From: Candidatus Woesebacteria bacterium RIFCSPHIGHO2_01_FULL_39_32 | GTDB taxonomy: Bacteria; Patescibacteriota; Microgenomatia; UBA8517 | Direction: 5' to 3' | DNA length: 64,000 nucleotides | Assembly (NCBI GenBank): GCA_001792345.1 | Contig: MGGJ01000001.1 | Span: 292,688 to 356,687, forward strand | Shown here: positions 39,046-48,281 of the stretch, piece after piece | Layout of the letters: each line of letters starts with the position of its first letter | How positions within the stretch are numbered: the stretch's first letter is position 1 | Made by a program: the position numbers and the translations under genes | The notes under the pieces: model-generated | What the model was told of the DNA's origin: nothing | Database searches by the model: none | Seen by the model: the letters and a program-made list of their open reading frames with translations, nothing else

Positions 39046-39768
39046 TTAATATCCGGTGAATTTCTCGGCTCGGAGTTTATCTGAGGTAATTTTCATTGAA
39101 CCCAAAACTTTTTCCACTGCTTCGACCATAGGGGGAGGACCACAGAGCCAGTAGGTTGGAGATGAGATGTGGGAAGTGAGACGCGTGATCATATCTGCAT
39201 CAATGCGACGGGTTAATCCTATCCATTTTTGTTTGGACTCTTCAGGTCGAGATATTGTAAAGTCTACTTTAATATTGTCGTATTTTTTATCCCACGACTC
39301 TAACTCTTTTCTGAAAGTAATTTCGGAAGGGGTGGAATTAGCGTAAATAAGATGAATACTTATTTTTGTCAGCTTTTTGTCAATGTTGTATTTGATAAAG
39401 CTCCTGAATGGTGTGATTCCTATCCCACCAGCTATAAGTATATGTGTTCCAATCTCTTTTTCATCCAGTATATAAGTTCCATTGGGCCCCTCACCTTCAA
39501 TGATGCTTCCGATAGAAAGACTGTCAAGAGTTTGTTTATATCCTGAATTATCTCTGATTCGAGTAGTCAGGCAAATGTTTGGTCCTTCAGTAGGAGAAAG
39601 AGATATAGTGAAATGTCTTGTAGATCCTCGCGGGTCCGGCTGAGAGAGTTTGGGAAGAGTAAAATAAAAATATTGTCCTGGAAGCCAAGAAACCGGTTTT
39701 TCAGTTTCCCAAAAAAAAGATTTTGTATCTTTAGCCTCCTCGACTTTTCGAATAAGTTTCAGTTTCAT
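39046..39768 (-). CDS. FAD/NAD(P)-binding oxidoreductase (ferredoxin-NADP reductase-like)
   Basis: RHFTIS (RxYS-like FAD motif), ILIAGGIGITPFRS NAD-binding motif. Confidence 0.8.
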   Translation of the reverse strand: MKLKLIRKVEEAKDTKSFFWETEKPVSWLPGQYFYFTLPKLSQPDPRGSTRHFTISLSPTEGPNICLTTRIRDNSGYKQTLDSLSIGSIIEGEGPNGTYILDEKEIGTHILIAGGIGITPFRSFIKYNIDKKLTKISIHLIYANSTPSEITFRKELESWDKKYDNIKVDFTISRPEESKQKWIGLTRRIDADMITRLTSHISSPTYWLCGPPPMVEAVEKVLGSMKITSDKLRAEKFTGY

Positions 39769-39773
39769 TTAAT

Positions 39774-40088
39774 TCATTTAAACTCATTTAAACACTCCCG
39801 TTTTACGGTCTCGTAGGAAAAGTCGTTATTATTGATACTATACCTTTTACCTAATATGTCACTTGAATTGGCTGCAACTTCACTACAACTTGTTTCAACA
39901 AGCATTGGTCTATACCGAACAAATACTGCCCAGCCGATTAATGAAGCAACAGCCAGGACTAAAAGAAGATACAGTTTACTTTTGTGTTCTGGCGTGTACA
40001 TATTCTTTGAGTGGGATACGGGAGTCCCTTCGATTTCACTCAGGGTAAAATTCTCCTCCTGTATCTCGTTGTGTTTCGTCAGTCTCAC
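39774..40088 (-). CDS. small membrane protein
   Basis: 104-aa ORF with one TM helix. Confidence 0.4.
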   Translation of the reverse strand: MRLTKHNEIQEENFTLSEIEGTPVSHSKNMYTPEHKSKLYLLLVLAVASLIGWAVFVRYRPMLVETSCSEVAANSSDILGKRYSINNNDFSYETVKRECLNEFK

Positions 40089-40113
40089 GCGAATGCTGAG
40101 CCTGTCGAACCAG

Positions 40114-40184
40114 AGCGGGATACGGGAGTCGAACCCGTCTTCCTACCTTGGGAAGGTAGTGTTGAACCGCTCAACTAATCCCGC
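40114..40184 (-). tRNA. tRNA-Gly (anticodon CCC)
   Basis: GCGGGATTAGTTGAGCGGTTCAACACTACCTTCCCAAGGTAGGAAGACGGGTTCGACTCCCGTATCCCGCT: 7-bp acceptor, anticodon loop TTCCCAA, T-loop TTCGACT. Confidence 0.85.
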
Positions 40185-40258
40185 ATAAACACCTGATATC
40201 ATTATTACCACATAACTTCCTATCGTTCAAGGTAGTTTTAAACGAGTATTTTTGCGGT

Positions 40259-41059
40259 TTAGCGAGGGAGTTTAAAAGAGTTGCCAGGATGTATTAACGC
40301 AGGGTTCAAAAGATTATTTTCTTTAGCGATATCTGACCAGCGGTATCCATCACCGTAGGCCCGAACAGCAATTTTCCAAAGAGAATCTCCTTGTTTTACG
40401 GTATAAGAACCACCAGAAATTGCCTCTGCCTCGGAAAGTGATTTTGGGCTATCTACAACTGTAGCTAATTTGAACTCAACAGAAGGTATATTAAGCTTTT
40501 GTCCTTCATTGATAATACCAGGATTTTCTAAATTATTTTCTTTTGCAATATCTACCCAGTTGTAACCAGATTTATAGTACTTTTCTGCTATTACCCAAAG
40601 TGTTTCCCCCTTTGCCACCGTATGTTGACTACCAACTGTCGTCATAACAACTTCTTCTGATTGAGTGGGTGTTGGTGATTTTTCTTCTTTTGTAGGTTGA
40701 TCCTGAGCTATTTCAGCACTTGCCGTACCAGGAATAATTAATGTTTGTCCAGATCTTATTTGATTTGGATCGGTAATGTTATTGGCTTGGGCAATTTTAC
40801 TCCACTCAAATCCTGTTCCATAATATTGCTCGGAAATTTTCCAAAGATCCTCGCCTTCCTGAACAACATGGGTTGTACCTTCCGTTAATTCTCCCTCTAT
40901 TTCCAAAGGTGGAACTATTTCTCCTTTCCTACTAGAGAAATAATTAATAAGAAGCACTCCCGCGACGACAATAACAAAAGCCCCAAGTATCATACTAATC
41001 GTTGATTCGTGTAGCTTTATAGACTTTAGTGTTGACTTAAGATTCAAGATATTCACCAC
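40259..41059 (-). CDS. LysM peptidoglycan-binding protein (three LysM repeats, N-terminal TM)
   Basis: Three repeats of ...Y.V..GD.LW.IA..YY..G..W..IA..NN...P..I..GQ.L.IP. Confidence 0.85.
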   Translation of the reverse strand: MVNILNLKSTLKSIKLHESTISMILGAFVIVVAGVLLINYFSSRKGEIVPPLEIEGELTEGTTHVVQEGEDLWKISEQYYGTGFEWSKIAQANNITDPNQIRSGQTLIIPGTASAEIAQDQPTKEEKSPTPTQSEEVVMTTVGSQHTVAKGETLWVIAEKYYKSGYNWVDIAKENNLENPGIINEGQKLNIPSVEFKLATVVDSPKSLSEAEAISGGSYTVKQGDSLWKIAVRAYGDGYRWSDIAKENNLLNPALIHPGNSFKLPR

Positions 41060-41433
41060 CTTTCAGGAGCAGTTATCGGAGCAGCTTTTCAACAGTCTGA
41101 ATTTAAACTATGAGCTTAGTTTTGTCAAGCCCCGCAAATAATACGAATATTATTGTTGAAATTTTGATTCCATAAAAATAAATATTATATTTCACAACAT
41201 CTTTCACGATTAAAATTAACTATTTATAATATTTCACGACCCTTTTCATATTTTGTATTGATAAAATTATACAAAAGATATTTAACTTTTGGTATTAATA
41301 AATGTATACAAATATAGTTCATTAGATTCAGTTGTTTTTAAAGCCTTTGCTTCTATATAAAAAATGTGCCTTGAAAAAATTAAGATACACTTTTCCATAA
41401 TTTACTGTATAATTAAAGAATAAAAGTAATCAA

Positions 41434-41712
41434 ATGGAAGCGCCAAAACTTAGACAAATAGATAATGTGGATGGATCAGGGGTATTCTGGGTTGTAATTT
41501 TTCAAGGACGAATTTCTTACACAACCAAGATTTTAAGATGCGGACATTGTCATAAAATTTCAGATTACTTGATTTATGAAAATAACTCCAATAATAAACA
41601 AAGCAAAGGAGTATTACTGTGTACAAAGAAAGAATGTGTAGACTGGGGTTCTGATTGGAGAAAGGATAAGAAAGCAGAAATGTTAGGTGTAAAGTTTTTG
41701 AATGATATCTAA
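41434..41712 (+). CDS. hypothetical small Cys-containing protein
   Basis: CGHCH and CTKKEC pairs suggest a zinc ribbon. Confidence 0.4.
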   Translation: MEAPKLRQIDNVDGSGVFWVVIFQGRISYTTKILRCGHCHKISDYLIYENNSNNKQSKGVLLCTKKECVDWGSDWRKDKKAEMLGVKFLNDI

Positions 41713-41737
41713 AGTTTTATCTCCTAAGAAATTTGGT

Positions 41738-42244
41738 TTATAACTCAGCACGAAGTCTGTTAATTATCGTTCCTGAATTTGTAACTCTTTTACTCTTGTC
41801 CAGGATGAAAGTGATATTATTTTCTTTTGCAATTTTCTTTTTCTTTAACCAATGTTTATCACATAATCTGTGGGTAAAAATATGTGACGGGGAGACTTGC
41901 TTTACAATTTTCTTATAAGTTTCAAGGGCTTCTTCGCTGTCGTGATGAGATACTGACTTAATTTCAAAGATTTTATCTATGGTTTCTAAGTCAGAAAGTA
42001 ATTCACTTCTTCTTCTAAGGTTGTTAATTGGGCGATTTTTCCCTTTTACTAACTTAATTGTTTCATCGTTATCTAAACCAACAATAAGTACGTCTACATA
42101 TCTTTTTGCAAAACGAAAAAGTTTAATATGTCCTAAATGAAGAATGTCAAAACTTCCTACTACTAATCCCACTCTTCTACCATTATCTTTGTTTATTTTT
42201 GAAAAGTGCGATGCACCGTATAAAGAAGTAATTTTCTCCATCAT
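41738..42244 (-). CDS. cytidylyltransferase-like nucleotidyltransferase (HxGH family)
   Basis: GLVVGSFDILHLGHIKLF. Confidence 0.8.
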   Translation of the reverse strand: MMEKITSLYGASHFSKINKDNGRRVGLVVGSFDILHLGHIKLFRFAKRYVDVLIVGLDNDETIKLVKGKNRPINNLRRRSELLSDLETIDKIFEIKSVSHHDSEEALETYKKIVKQVSPSHIFTHRLCDKHWLKKKKIAKENNITFILDKSKRVTNSGTIINRLRAEL

Positions 42245-42386
42245 AAGCTGATTATATCAACGAATAGCGCCTTTTTCTTATCACTCAAAACTGAATCCCA
42301 ACACCGGGTGTTAATTACGTTCAAACAATGGGTTATTATTTAAGATTTTTTAAGAATTCAATTTTTTGCGGGTATTACCTCGCCGA

Positions 42387-42434
42387 CGCTTCAAGTAGCT
42401 GCGAAGTTGTCTTCGCTAAAGCTACGACGAAGCG
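42387..42434. other. compact GC-rich nested stem-loop: CGCTTC-aa-GTAGC-t-[GCGAAG-ttgt-CTTCGC]-taaa-GCTAC-gac-GAAGCG
   Basis: Read directly from the sequence; sits in a 254-bp intergenic region between two minus-strand genes; no U-tract on either strand. Confidence 0.3.
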
Positions 42435-42498
42435 AGGGCGGCTCTAGTGAACTATCTCCGGAACATTTATTTCAAATATCCAATTAAACACGAAGAGA

Positions 42499-42852
42499 TT
42501 AATCTAAGTCCACATCGGGAGCTTCGTAAATTTTCGGAGTAGAGCCGAGAGTTCTCTCTAAAACTATTAAATTTTCTCCAGATTCAATCACGCTTTTCGG
42601 ACCATCAACTTGGAGAGTGCCCCAAAGCTGATCACCTACAGATGCTGCCTCTAATAAAAATTCGCTCAAGCGAGGAACAATACCTTTACCGCTCCTTGGA
42701 AATGCGTATACAGTATACCTTGCACCACTCCCGTCAGCTTTTTCAACAAATGCACTATCAATTTCATCAGGACAGTATTTTGCGTCAAACAACTTCAGTC
42801 TTTCTTGTAAAGGAAGTTCGCTGTTTCTGATGTCCAACCGTTCATTTGCCAT
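42499..42852 (-). CDS. hypothetical protein
   Basis: ORF trimmed to the Met in MANERLDIR...; no recognisable motif. Confidence 0.45.
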   Translation of the reverse strand: MANERLDIRNSELPLQERLKLFDAKYCPDEIDSAFVEKADGSGARYTVYAFPRSGKGIVPRLSEFLLEAASVGDQLWGTLQVDGPKSVIESGENLIVLERTLGSTPKIYEAPDVDLD

Positions 42853-42910
42853 GTTGGTATTATAACTATAAGACAAATAAAAGTAAATCAATGAGCAAAC
42901 TTGCAGCTAA

Positions 42911-42930
42911 TTTGCGGGGCTGAAGGGACT
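42911..42930. repeat. 20-bp exact duplicate of the tRNA-Asp 3' end (TTTGCGGGGCTGAAGGGACT; second copy at 43012-43031 inside the tRNA)
   Basis: Exact direct repeat read from the sequence, 81 bp apart. Confidence 0.6.
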
Positions 42931-42970
42931 ACCATTCGACTGCGCTCAGGGTAAACTTCTCGTCCGGTCC

Positions 42971-43006
42971 ATAAAACTAAAAACCCTCACCCTTTGGTGG
43001 GGATTT
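42971..43006 (-). terminator. Rho-independent terminator downstream of tRNA-Asp
   Basis: Minus-strand hairpin AAAATCCCCACC-aaag-GGTGAGGGTTTT followed by TAGTTTTAT. Confidence 0.5.
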
Positions 43007-43015
43007 TCTAGTTTG

Positions 43016-43089
43016 CGGGGCTGAAGGGACTCGAACCCTCGACCTTCCGCGTGACAGGCGGACGCTCTAACCAACTGAGCTACAACCCC
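43016..43089 (-). tRNA. tRNA-Asp (anticodon GTC)
   Basis: GGGGTTGTAGCTCAGTTGGTTAGAGCGTCCGCCTGTCACGCGGAAGGTCGAGGGTTCGAGTCCCTTCAGCCCCG: anticodon loop CTGTCAC, T-loop TTCGAGT. Confidence 0.9.
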
Positions 43090-43172
43090 TTAATTTAAGG
43101 AAGATTATATCTCAAAAAGTATTGCAGGACAACTTCTCAATCGAATTCGCTGTGAGGTATAATCAAATAAAG

Positions 43173-44966
43173 ATGAGAATGCATAAAGCGATGACGAATC
43201 TGGAAATTGCGGAACTTTTGAGAGCTGTGGCTGCGGCATATCAACTCCAAAGTGAATCGAAAAATCGGTTTAGAATTATTGCATATCAGCGAGCAGCAGA
43301 TTCAGTTGAGCATTCTTCAAGTGAACTTAAAGATCTTTGGGACGAAGGAAAGTTAAATGAAATTGCAGGAATTGGACCAAGTATTTCAAAACACTTGGAT
43401 GAACTTTTTAAAAAGGGTTCATCAAGCCATTTTAGTCAAGTTATGAAAGGACTTCCTCCGCAGATGTTTGAGCTAATGATTATTCCAGGAATTGGAGCAA
43501 AAACAGCTTATAAGTTGGTAACAGAGTTTGGATCTAAAATTTCAGAAAAGAACCCAATTGGGGATTTAGAGGAATTAGCTAAAGAAGGGAAAATATCAAC
43601 TATTGAAAATTTTGGGCAAGAGTCGGAAAAAGATATTCTTCGCTCGATCGCTGAAGTCAAAGGGAGATCTAAAAGACACCTACTACCATATGCAGATAGA
43701 ATTGCCGATGAGGTTATTGAGTGGTTAAAAAAAGAAAATGAGGTTTTGAAAGCCGACCCCTTAGGAAGTTTAAGAAGATGTGCTTCAACGGTAGGAGACG
43801 TTGATATAGCAGTTGCAACGAAAAATCCTCAAAAAGTATTAAATCATTTTACTAAGTTTCCTAAAGCTCAAAGAATATTGGAAAAGGGAGGAGCAACTTC
43901 TTCAATTGTTGTTCCAAGTGATATGCAAGTTGATTTAATGGTTCAACCGCAGGATCGATATGGGGCACTTTTGCAACATTTTACTGGAAGTAAACACCAC
44001 AATATTGCTTTAAGAGAATTTGCCTTAAAGAAAAATTACAGTCTTTCAGAATACGGTATTAGAAAAAGAGGAGCAAAAGGGTTAAAGAAATTTGCAACAG
44101 AAGAAAGTTTTTATAATTTTTTAGGATTAGACTGGATTCCACCAGAACTCAGGGAGGATACGGGAGAAATTAAGGCTGCTTTGAATCATCAACTTCCTAA
44201 ACTAGTCGAAGTCCGAGAGATTAAGGCAGATCTTCAAATCCACTCTTCTTTTGATGTGGAGACAAGTCACGATCTAGGAGAATCTAGCATGGAAGAGATT
44301 GTTAATAAAGCGAATAGTATGGGCTATGAGTACGTTGCTTTTACTGAGCACAACCCAAGTCATAGTAGACATAGTGAAGGACAAATTGTCGATATTTTAA
44401 GACGAAAGAAGGAAGCGATTGCGAAGTTAAATGAAAGTATCAAAGGCGTCAAAAGTATCAAAGGCGCCAAAAGAGTTTATAACTCCTTAGAAATAGACAT
44501 TCTACCATCGGGAAAGCTACCCGTAACTGAAAAGGGTTTAGAAACTTTGGATTTTGCATTGGTGTCAATACACTCAAGCTTTCGCTTGTCGAAAAGCCAG
44601 ATGACTAAAAGGGTTATATCAGGATTAATGCATCCTAAAGTTAAGATTTTTGCTCACCCTACAGCTAGGAAACTAACTCAAAGAGAAGGAATTGATTTGG
44701 ATTGGGAGAAGATCTTTGACTTTTGCATAAAACATGACATATGGGTGGAAATTAACTGTGATCCAATGAGACTGGACTTGCCCGACTTTCTAGTAAAAGA
44801 AGCTGTTGGTTTGGGAATTAAATTAACTTTAGGAACAGATTCGCACCACGTCGATCATATGGATAATATGGAATTTGGAGTTTCTGTTGCTAGACGTGGC
44901 TGGGCAGAGAAAAAAGATATTATAAATACGAGGAGTTTAGAAGAGTTTGAAAAGATGATAAAATGA
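43173..44966 (+). CDS. DNA polymerase X family protein with C-terminal PHP domain
   Basis: HhH motifs (GIGPSISKHL, GIGAKTAYKL), Pol-beta-like palm (GSLRRC...VGDVDIAV), PHP domain (LQIHSSFD...HS...H); start Met uncertain (43173, 43179 or 43191). Confidence 0.85.
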   Translation: MRMHKAMTNLEIAELLRAVAAAYQLQSESKNRFRIIAYQRAADSVEHSSSELKDLWDEGKLNEIAGIGPSISKHLDELFKKGSSSHFSQVMKGLPPQMFELMIIPGIGAKTAYKLVTEFGSKISEKNPIGDLEELAKEGKISTIENFGQESEKDILRSIAEVKGRSKRHLLPYADRIADEVIEWLKKENEVLKADPLGSLRRCASTVGDVDIAVATKNPQKVLNHFTKFPKAQRILEKGGATSSIVVPSDMQVDLMVQPQDRYGALLQHFTGSKHHNIALREFALKKNYSLSEYGIRKRGAKGLKKFATEESFYNFLGLDWIPPELREDTGEIKAALNHQLPKLVEVREIKADLQIHSSFDVETSHDLGESSMEEIVNKANSMGYEYVAFTEHNPSHSRHSEGQIVDILRRKKEAIAKLNESIKGVKSIKGAKRVYNSLEIDILPSGKLPVTEKGLETLDFALVSIHSSFRLSKSQMTKRVISGLMHPKVKIFAHPTARKLTQREGIDLDWEKIFDFCIKHDIWVEINCDPMRLDLPDFLVKEAVGLGIKLTLGTDSHHVDHMDNMEFGVSVARRGWAEKKDIINTRSLEEFEKMIK

Positions 44967-45113
44967 ATTTACCTAATTAACCTAATTTCTAATTAACCTA
45001 AATAATTACCAAGCACCAATAACCAATTTTGTTTGGGATTTAGAAATTAGGATTTATTTAGAAATTAGAGCAATTAGAATAATTAGAAATTCTCAGAAGG
45101 GTGGTGAAAAATA

Positions 45114-45701
45114 ATGAGTTTATTATGGATTTTAGTAATAGTTGCAGTAGCTTTGGTAGCTTGGGTCATATCGGTCTATAACTTTTTTGTATCCAGTAAA
45201 GCAAGAATAAAAGCAGCTGTTCAAGAAATTGGAAACCAACTTAAAAGGCAGGTTGACCTGATACCAAACCTTGAGGAGTCTGCTAAGGGTTACCTAAAAC
45301 ACGAGAAAGGTGTTTACGAAGCTCTTACTGAGGCAAGAAAATCAATTACTTCCGCAATTAAATCCGGTGACGTTCAAAAAATGGCAGATGCAGGTAGTCA
45401 ACTTGCTTCAGTATTACCAAATATTCAAGTTGTTGTAGAGAGTAATCCTGAGTTAAAGGCATCAGAAGTTGTCTCAAAGTTAATGGATGAATTGAGAGAT
45501 ACTTCCGATAAAGTAATGTTTGCTCGACGCTTAGTCATCGATTTAACAGCAGACTATAACGTTAAAAGAGTAAGTGTTCCTTCAAATATTGTAGCCATGC
45601 TATTTAAATTTGAGGAACAGCCCGGATTGATAACACCAACCGAAGGTGAACACGTAAGCGTTGGAGAGGGTGAATTAAAGACCCCTAAAGTGAGTCTTTA
45701 A
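45114..45701 (+). CDS. lemA: LemA family protein
   Basis: N-terminal TM helix and a LemA-like core (…YNFFVSSKARIKAAVQEIGNQLKRQVDLIPNL…). Confidence 0.85.
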   Translation: MSLLWILVIVAVALVAWVISVYNFFVSSKARIKAAVQEIGNQLKRQVDLIPNLEESAKGYLKHEKGVYEALTEARKSITSAIKSGDVQKMADAGSQLASVLPNIQVVVESNPELKASEVVSKLMDELRDTSDKVMFARRLVIDLTADYNVKRVSVPSNIVAMLFKFEEQPGLITPTEGEHVSVGEGELKTPKVSL

Positions 45702-45705
45702 ATTT

Positions 45706-46659
45706 ATGCAGAATATTTACGAAGCTGTCGCTTCTAACAAGAGGAAAAGCGCTCTTATACTAATTGTCTTTTTACTGTTTACGACGGTAGTTATATATGT
45801 TTTGGCCCAAGCTTTTGCCGTTTATATGGGTTATGAACCCGGAGGGCTTGGGTTTGTAGGTATTGCACTAATTTTTTCGGGTTTAGTAAGTTTTTCTAGC
45901 TATTGGTATTCCGACAAAATAGTTCTGGCGATTTCATCAGCACGTCCGGCAGACAGAAAGAAAGAGTTTGACTTTTATACTGTAGCTGAGAATTTGGCAA
46001 TTGGAACTGGTTTACTAAAACCAAAACTTTATGTAATTGAAGATACTGCTCCAAATGCTTTTGCGACTGGTCGCGATCCCGAACACGCCGTTATCTGTGC
46101 TACCACAGGATTACTTCAAAAGTTAAGTAGAACTGAACTTGAGGGAGTGATTGCACACGAACTTTCTCACATTAGAAACTATGACATACGGCTAATGAGT
46201 ATTGTTGCTGTTTTGGTTGGGACTGTTGCTTTGATGGCTGATTGGTTTTTGAGAATAAGCTTCCGAGGAGGTAGAAGGGATGATAGGGATAAAAGTCAAT
46301 TGGCGGCTTTATTTTTGCTTCTAGGTTTGATATTTGCGATTTTGTCACCGTTGATAGCTCAACTAATTCAACTTGCAATATCTCGAAGACGAGAATTTAC
46401 TGCGGATGCGTCAGCTGTGGGAATTACTCGTCAACCCTCCGGGTTGATAACAGCGTTAGAAAAAATCGCAACGGATCATGAGCCCCTTGAAGCAGCCAAC
46501 AAAGCAACAGCACACCTTTATATTATTAATCCATTTAAGTTTGACTCAAAAAGGGCTTACCCTGAGCGAAGTCGAAGGGCAGTTAACTGGTTCTCGGGTT
46601 TATTCAATACTCACCCACCTGTAGAAGAAAGAATTAAAGTTCTCCAAAGTATGGTTTGA
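45706..46659 (+). CDS. htpX: M48-family zinc metalloprotease HtpX-like
   Basis: HELSHIRNYD (HExxH), four TM segments, C-terminal ...E..AD motif. Confidence 0.85.
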   Translation: MQNIYEAVASNKRKSALILIVFLLFTTVVIYVLAQAFAVYMGYEPGGLGFVGIALIFSGLVSFSSYWYSDKIVLAISSARPADRKKEFDFYTVAENLAIGTGLLKPKLYVIEDTAPNAFATGRDPEHAVICATTGLLQKLSRTELEGVIAHELSHIRNYDIRLMSIVAVLVGTVALMADWFLRISFRGGRRDDRDKSQLAALFLLLGLIFAILSPLIAQLIQLAISRRREFTADASAVGITRQPSGLITALEKIATDHEPLEAANKATAHLYIINPFKFDSKRAYPERSRRAVNWFSGLFNTHPPVEERIKVLQSMV

Positions 46660-47234
46660 TAATAAAGTAACTTTTCTGTAACGATATTTAAGTCTAATTT
46701 TTGCGTAATATTCTTGATCTTTCATCACAATGAAAGATCGTGAAAAACAAGTTAAAATTCGCAGGTAAATACATTAAATTAAGATTTATGAATAAGCCCA
46801 TAATTAATTGAGCTAAAGGATATTTTTTAGGTAGAATAATAAAAATAATACGAATTTTAGTATTGTTTTACAGTAATATCAATTCATATATATAATATCT
46901 TATAATTATATACTTATTGCAATTATTTGGTAAAAAGGTCGAGGAAAATATTTTAGCACTTTTTACCCCACAGTGATTAGTGTCGTGCGTGATTTATATC
47001 AATTTATGCTTGAGGTAAAAATGATAATTATTTTGATTAACAACTTTCTTTATAGAAAGTAAGTATGATGATTTTATTGTACGTCTATAGTTAACGTGTT
47101 GTAATTAATCGAAATAAGATAATGAAAACTATGTAAATGAAACATTGTACTTTTTATTTATATTTATAATGTTATAGGTTACAACAAAAATGTTACAAAC
47201 AAATATGGGTAAATATATTGTACAGACACTATGA

Positions 47235-47750
47235 TTAAATATTTTGTTCATTGTCAGCAATTCTTTTTCCAAAGAATACATAACCCTTCCGATAGATACT
47301 TATGAGTATCTGGGGCCGCTCTTTATTAACATCTATCTTTTGTCTTAAGCGTAAAATAGTGATACGAATAGAATTTGGAGAAACTGATTTATTTGCCCAT
47401 AAATGTTGCCGGATTTCTTTCTTAGTTATTATCCTAATATTATTTCCTGTTGATTCATTGGAAGCAAAGAGCGAAAAGAGCCTATTCTCAATAGTTGTAA
47501 GAGAAACTGCTGAGTTTCCAAATACTATTACTCCTTCCTCTTGGTAATATCTGTAAGGAAAAGGTTTAAAAAAGCTTCCGGGAATGGAATGAATTGACTC
47601 GTTTTTTACGATCCGATCTACGAAGCCTTCGTTTTCAATTTTTTGTTTTAGTATACTCGCAAGTTCAACTGCCTTTTTTGCTTGTTTTATATCACCTTCT
47701 TCGAGAGCTTTACGATATATGGCAAAGATACTGTCCTCAATTAGCCCCAT
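47235..47750 (-). CDS. transcriptional regulator with OmpR/PhoB-type winged-helix C-terminal domain and no receiver domain
   Basis: C-terminus EIRQHLWANKSVSPNSIRITILRLRQKI...YRKGYVF resembles trans_reg_C. Confidence 0.5.
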   Translation of the reverse strand: MGLIEDSIFAIYRKALEEGDIKQAKKAVELASILKQKIENEGFVDRIVKNESIHSIPGSFFKPFPYRYYQEEGVIVFGNSAVSLTTIENRLFSLFASNESTGNNIRIITKKEIRQHLWANKSVSPNSIRITILRLRQKIDVNKERPQILISIYRKGYVFFGKRIADNEQNI

Positions 47751-47783
47751 AATATGTATTTTACATGACTATTGAGGGAGGTT

Positions 47784-48113
47784 TCAACGCGCTACAATAA
47801 TATATAGCTTTCTTAAAGCAACTAAAGTAATTCCCCAGGCAATAGGAAGCCAGATTGGCAACAAGGTAAAGATTTGTATATCAACGTCCAATTTCCAATT
47901 AGTTAGGGAAAAGGAAGCTCCGATGAGCGAAATGATTACCCCAAGCCAAAACAAAAAAAAGTCGCCCCTTTCCCTTAATAAAGTAAAGTAAAAAAGAACT
48001 ATCCCAATCGAAATGTACTCTAGGGTTCTCGTTTGGGAAGTAAGGTAGGTTATTAAAAATAGCCATGAAAAGTAAAGAATATAAAAAACTACGATAAGGG
48101 TTTCTTTCTTCAC
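47784..48113 (-). CDS. small membrane protein
   Basis: 109 aa, three TM segments. Confidence 0.4.
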   Translation of the reverse strand: MKKETLIVVFYILYFSWLFLITYLTSQTRTLEYISIGIVLFYFTLLRERGDFFLFWLGVIISLIGASFSLTNWKLDVDIQIFTLLPIWLPIAWGITLVALRKLYIIVAR

Positions 48114-48281
48114 TTTATTTAGTCTACAACATTTGACAAGGAAAAAAATATATGTACAATTTAGAAAAATGAAAATTAATAGAGAGCAACAGAACCAGAA
48201 TTCTTCCTAATTACGGAAGCTGGTTTTATATATAAAATTTAGGTAAAATCAAACTAGCTTCTAAAAGAGCTAGTTTTTTTA

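Noticed and set aside
39832-40188. Plus-strand ORF 118 aa
   Set aside because: Overlaps tRNA-Gly and lies antisense to the small membrane protein gene; shadow ORF.
46660-47234. oriC in the long AT-rich gap
   Set aside because: No clustered DnaA-box-like words (TTATNCACA) and no dnaA/dnaN nearby; left as an unexplained non-coding region instead.
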